A DNA stretch of 64,000 bases, from NCBI GenBank assembly GCA_903813345.2, contig CAIIXF020000001.1:14818001-14882000 (forward strand), in the 5' to 3' direction. Shown piece by piece: positions 61,924 to 64,000 of the stretch; position 1 is the stretch's first letter; every line of letters starts with the position of its first letter. The position numbers were made by a program, and so were the translations under genes. Below the pieces are notes generated by a model that saw nothing but the letters and a program-made list of their open reading frames with translations, was not told the DNA's origin and made no database searches. Origin of the DNA: Owenia fusiformis (lineage: Eukaryota).

Positions 61924-62614
61924 CATAGAAAACAGGTGAATATTCTGATATAGAAAACCTCAGCCCTTTTAATACTGTTAGTTTTTAAATTTTTTGATGT
62001 TTTATCTAATTACCATGACCTCAATGAAGATTTACTCCAATCAAGATTGTCATAAACTCGTTTCAAAATGTTTGGAATTAGAATTACATTATACTCAATA
62101 TTCATTTAATTAATTAATCTTTCGCTATTTATCAATTACAGGATTTGATGTATTGACTTTTTCAATTAGAGATTGTTGCTTTGTTCTCGGGTGAAGAAAG
62201 TAAGCTTTATTTACATATATAACTTGGATGCATATCTTGGCTACTTGTGAAATATTTGAGATGAAGTAAGGCGGCTCCTGATTAATCACTCATGAGGTCT
62301 AAGTGAATTTAACAAGCATAATCCTCGGGGACACCACAAAACCAGCTCACTGTGATTTATAGCTCTAAAAATACATGAACAATTTTTCTAAGGTCAAATT
62401 AGATTTTCATTAATCTGACAATATCTTATTGAGCAATGATAGAAATACTTGGCTATGGCTGATTTTGAAAATCTTGTTTTAATTTCCTTACATTTCGCCC
62501 TGCATGTATTATTAGTTTCAAAACTCAGATATTTAAACATTTTTTAATTGAAAATGTATGTTCATATATTTACCAACATTGAACATTTTTCTCGGCAAAG
62601 AAATGTTCAATATA

Positions 62615-63112
62615 CAGTAAAACCCGTCTTAGTAAACACCTCTCTCTAATGAATACCTTTCTCCAGTGGACATACTCTACTGTCGACTGCTGGATAAATT
62701 ACCCTCTCCATAGTGAAAACCTACTAACAATGAACATTATTACCACCTTATCGGGCCTGTTCTAGGGGTATTAGTGCAAGTTTCATTAGAAGGCATTTAT
62801 TTTACTATATCGACTTGAGCAGTATGTGACGTCATAGTGGCGGGCCATATTGACGGTCAATAATGCAATAAACGACCGGCAATTTTCCCCGGGAAATTAG
62901 ATATCGTTCAGTGCATAAGATTTTCTTGCTATTTCAGCCCTGGTCATTAAAGGTGGTAATAATACTAATAACGTCATTTCTGCGGGCAATATTGTGAAAT
63001 ATTGGACCTTCGGCTCTCAGGCCCTTGGTCCAATATTTCACTATATTGCCCGCAGAAATGACGTTATTGTCCTTTCTCACCAAAAAAAGTTCAATATACA
63101 CAAGTTTTACTG
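62615..63112. mobile_element. pogo/Tigger-like MITE with an internal hairpin-bearing insertion
   Basis: TA|CAGTAAAAC...GTTTTACTG|TA with diverged inner TIR; internal 42-bp-arm hairpin at 62967-63068. Confidence 0.55.
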
Positions 63113-64000
63113 TATTTAAAGCAGGTACAGCATCATCCCAAAGATATGTCAGATATGCGTGTCAGACAACTGTGTCATTTTATTAATTTACATTGTTGTA
63201 TTATGTCCTCAGCAGCATCAGATAGAAGTGTCAGATCTTTTTTTTAATATTAATTAACTTACCGTTGTTGGCACTGAAACATTCATCACACATGCGTAAC
63301 AAACCATTTCTCCTTAAATGGAGAAATTTGTTGAAAATAGTCCCTTTTCATCATAGATTTATTTTCTGATAACATGTTACATATGTATTCTTTTAAGTTA
63401 CTTAATGTATTTTGTCATATAATGAAATATAATACACTATAAGAAGAAATATCCATTGAAGGAATTTTAGTTATAATTTTGCTGATAAAAGTTTACCGCA
63501 CATGTGGCTATTAGTTAATACGGGCAGTGCAACCAATTATTTATGTGAAGTCACCATGCGCACGGTGAAAGATTTCCTGCTGCAGTGGTATGTTGAAGGC
63601 TAGCACTGCCACGGAGAATGTGATACTACATAATGTATGAATCAGAGCAAAGCTCTTATTACAATTTGAACAAAAGACCTGACAACAAATGCTGAGTATC
63701 TATTCAATAAATATACAACAACAAAAACATCCTTGTAGTAAGCATTATCTTCTAATCATTCTTAAATTGATTTCTTGATGATATATTTCTTCAAAGCATT
63801 GTGAATTGTGTGTGTCACATTGTTAAGAAGGTGACAATTGATGACGTCAGATGAACAGCCAGGTGAATGCCAAGGTAAACACAAAGGTGCATGCCTGGTG
63901 AATATACCTTAAAGTAATGTCCTGATATATTGAATGAAACCCACGAGCTATTAGCTCACTGAGGCCACAGAGAGAGAGGAGATAATCATTCAATTCATGG

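Overview
AT-rich eukaryotic genomic DNA, most likely a mollusc or other lophotrochozoan (inferred from molluscan-type arginine kinase motifs). Two host genes lie on the + strand. (1) An arginine kinase with six GT-AG exons at 1024-14907 (5' end not securely identified). It ends in a CaaX box (KKSSSCVLI*) and has a probable alternative last exon at 16555-16650 encoding a tail-anchor helix. (2) Exon 1 of a TASK/KCNK3-KCNK9-like K2P potassium channel at 32840-33122, followed by an intron of more than 30 kb that runs off the window. The 11.2-kb kinase intron holds a three-level transposon nest, each level with its own TSD: a defective hAT (2522-11224) contains a young, near-intact L1/Tx1-clade retrotransposon (3025-10440), which contains a second hAT (3041-4090). 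The standout observation is that the retrotransposon ORF1 is coiled coil + L1-type RRM/CTD fused to a C-terminal NADAR (YbiA-like) domain, a fold known for removing ADP-ribose from guanine in DNA. The rest of the window is MITEs, a Helentron-type element with a satellite array, palindromic and minisatellite arrays and decayed retroelements. All domain calls were made by eye, without database searches.
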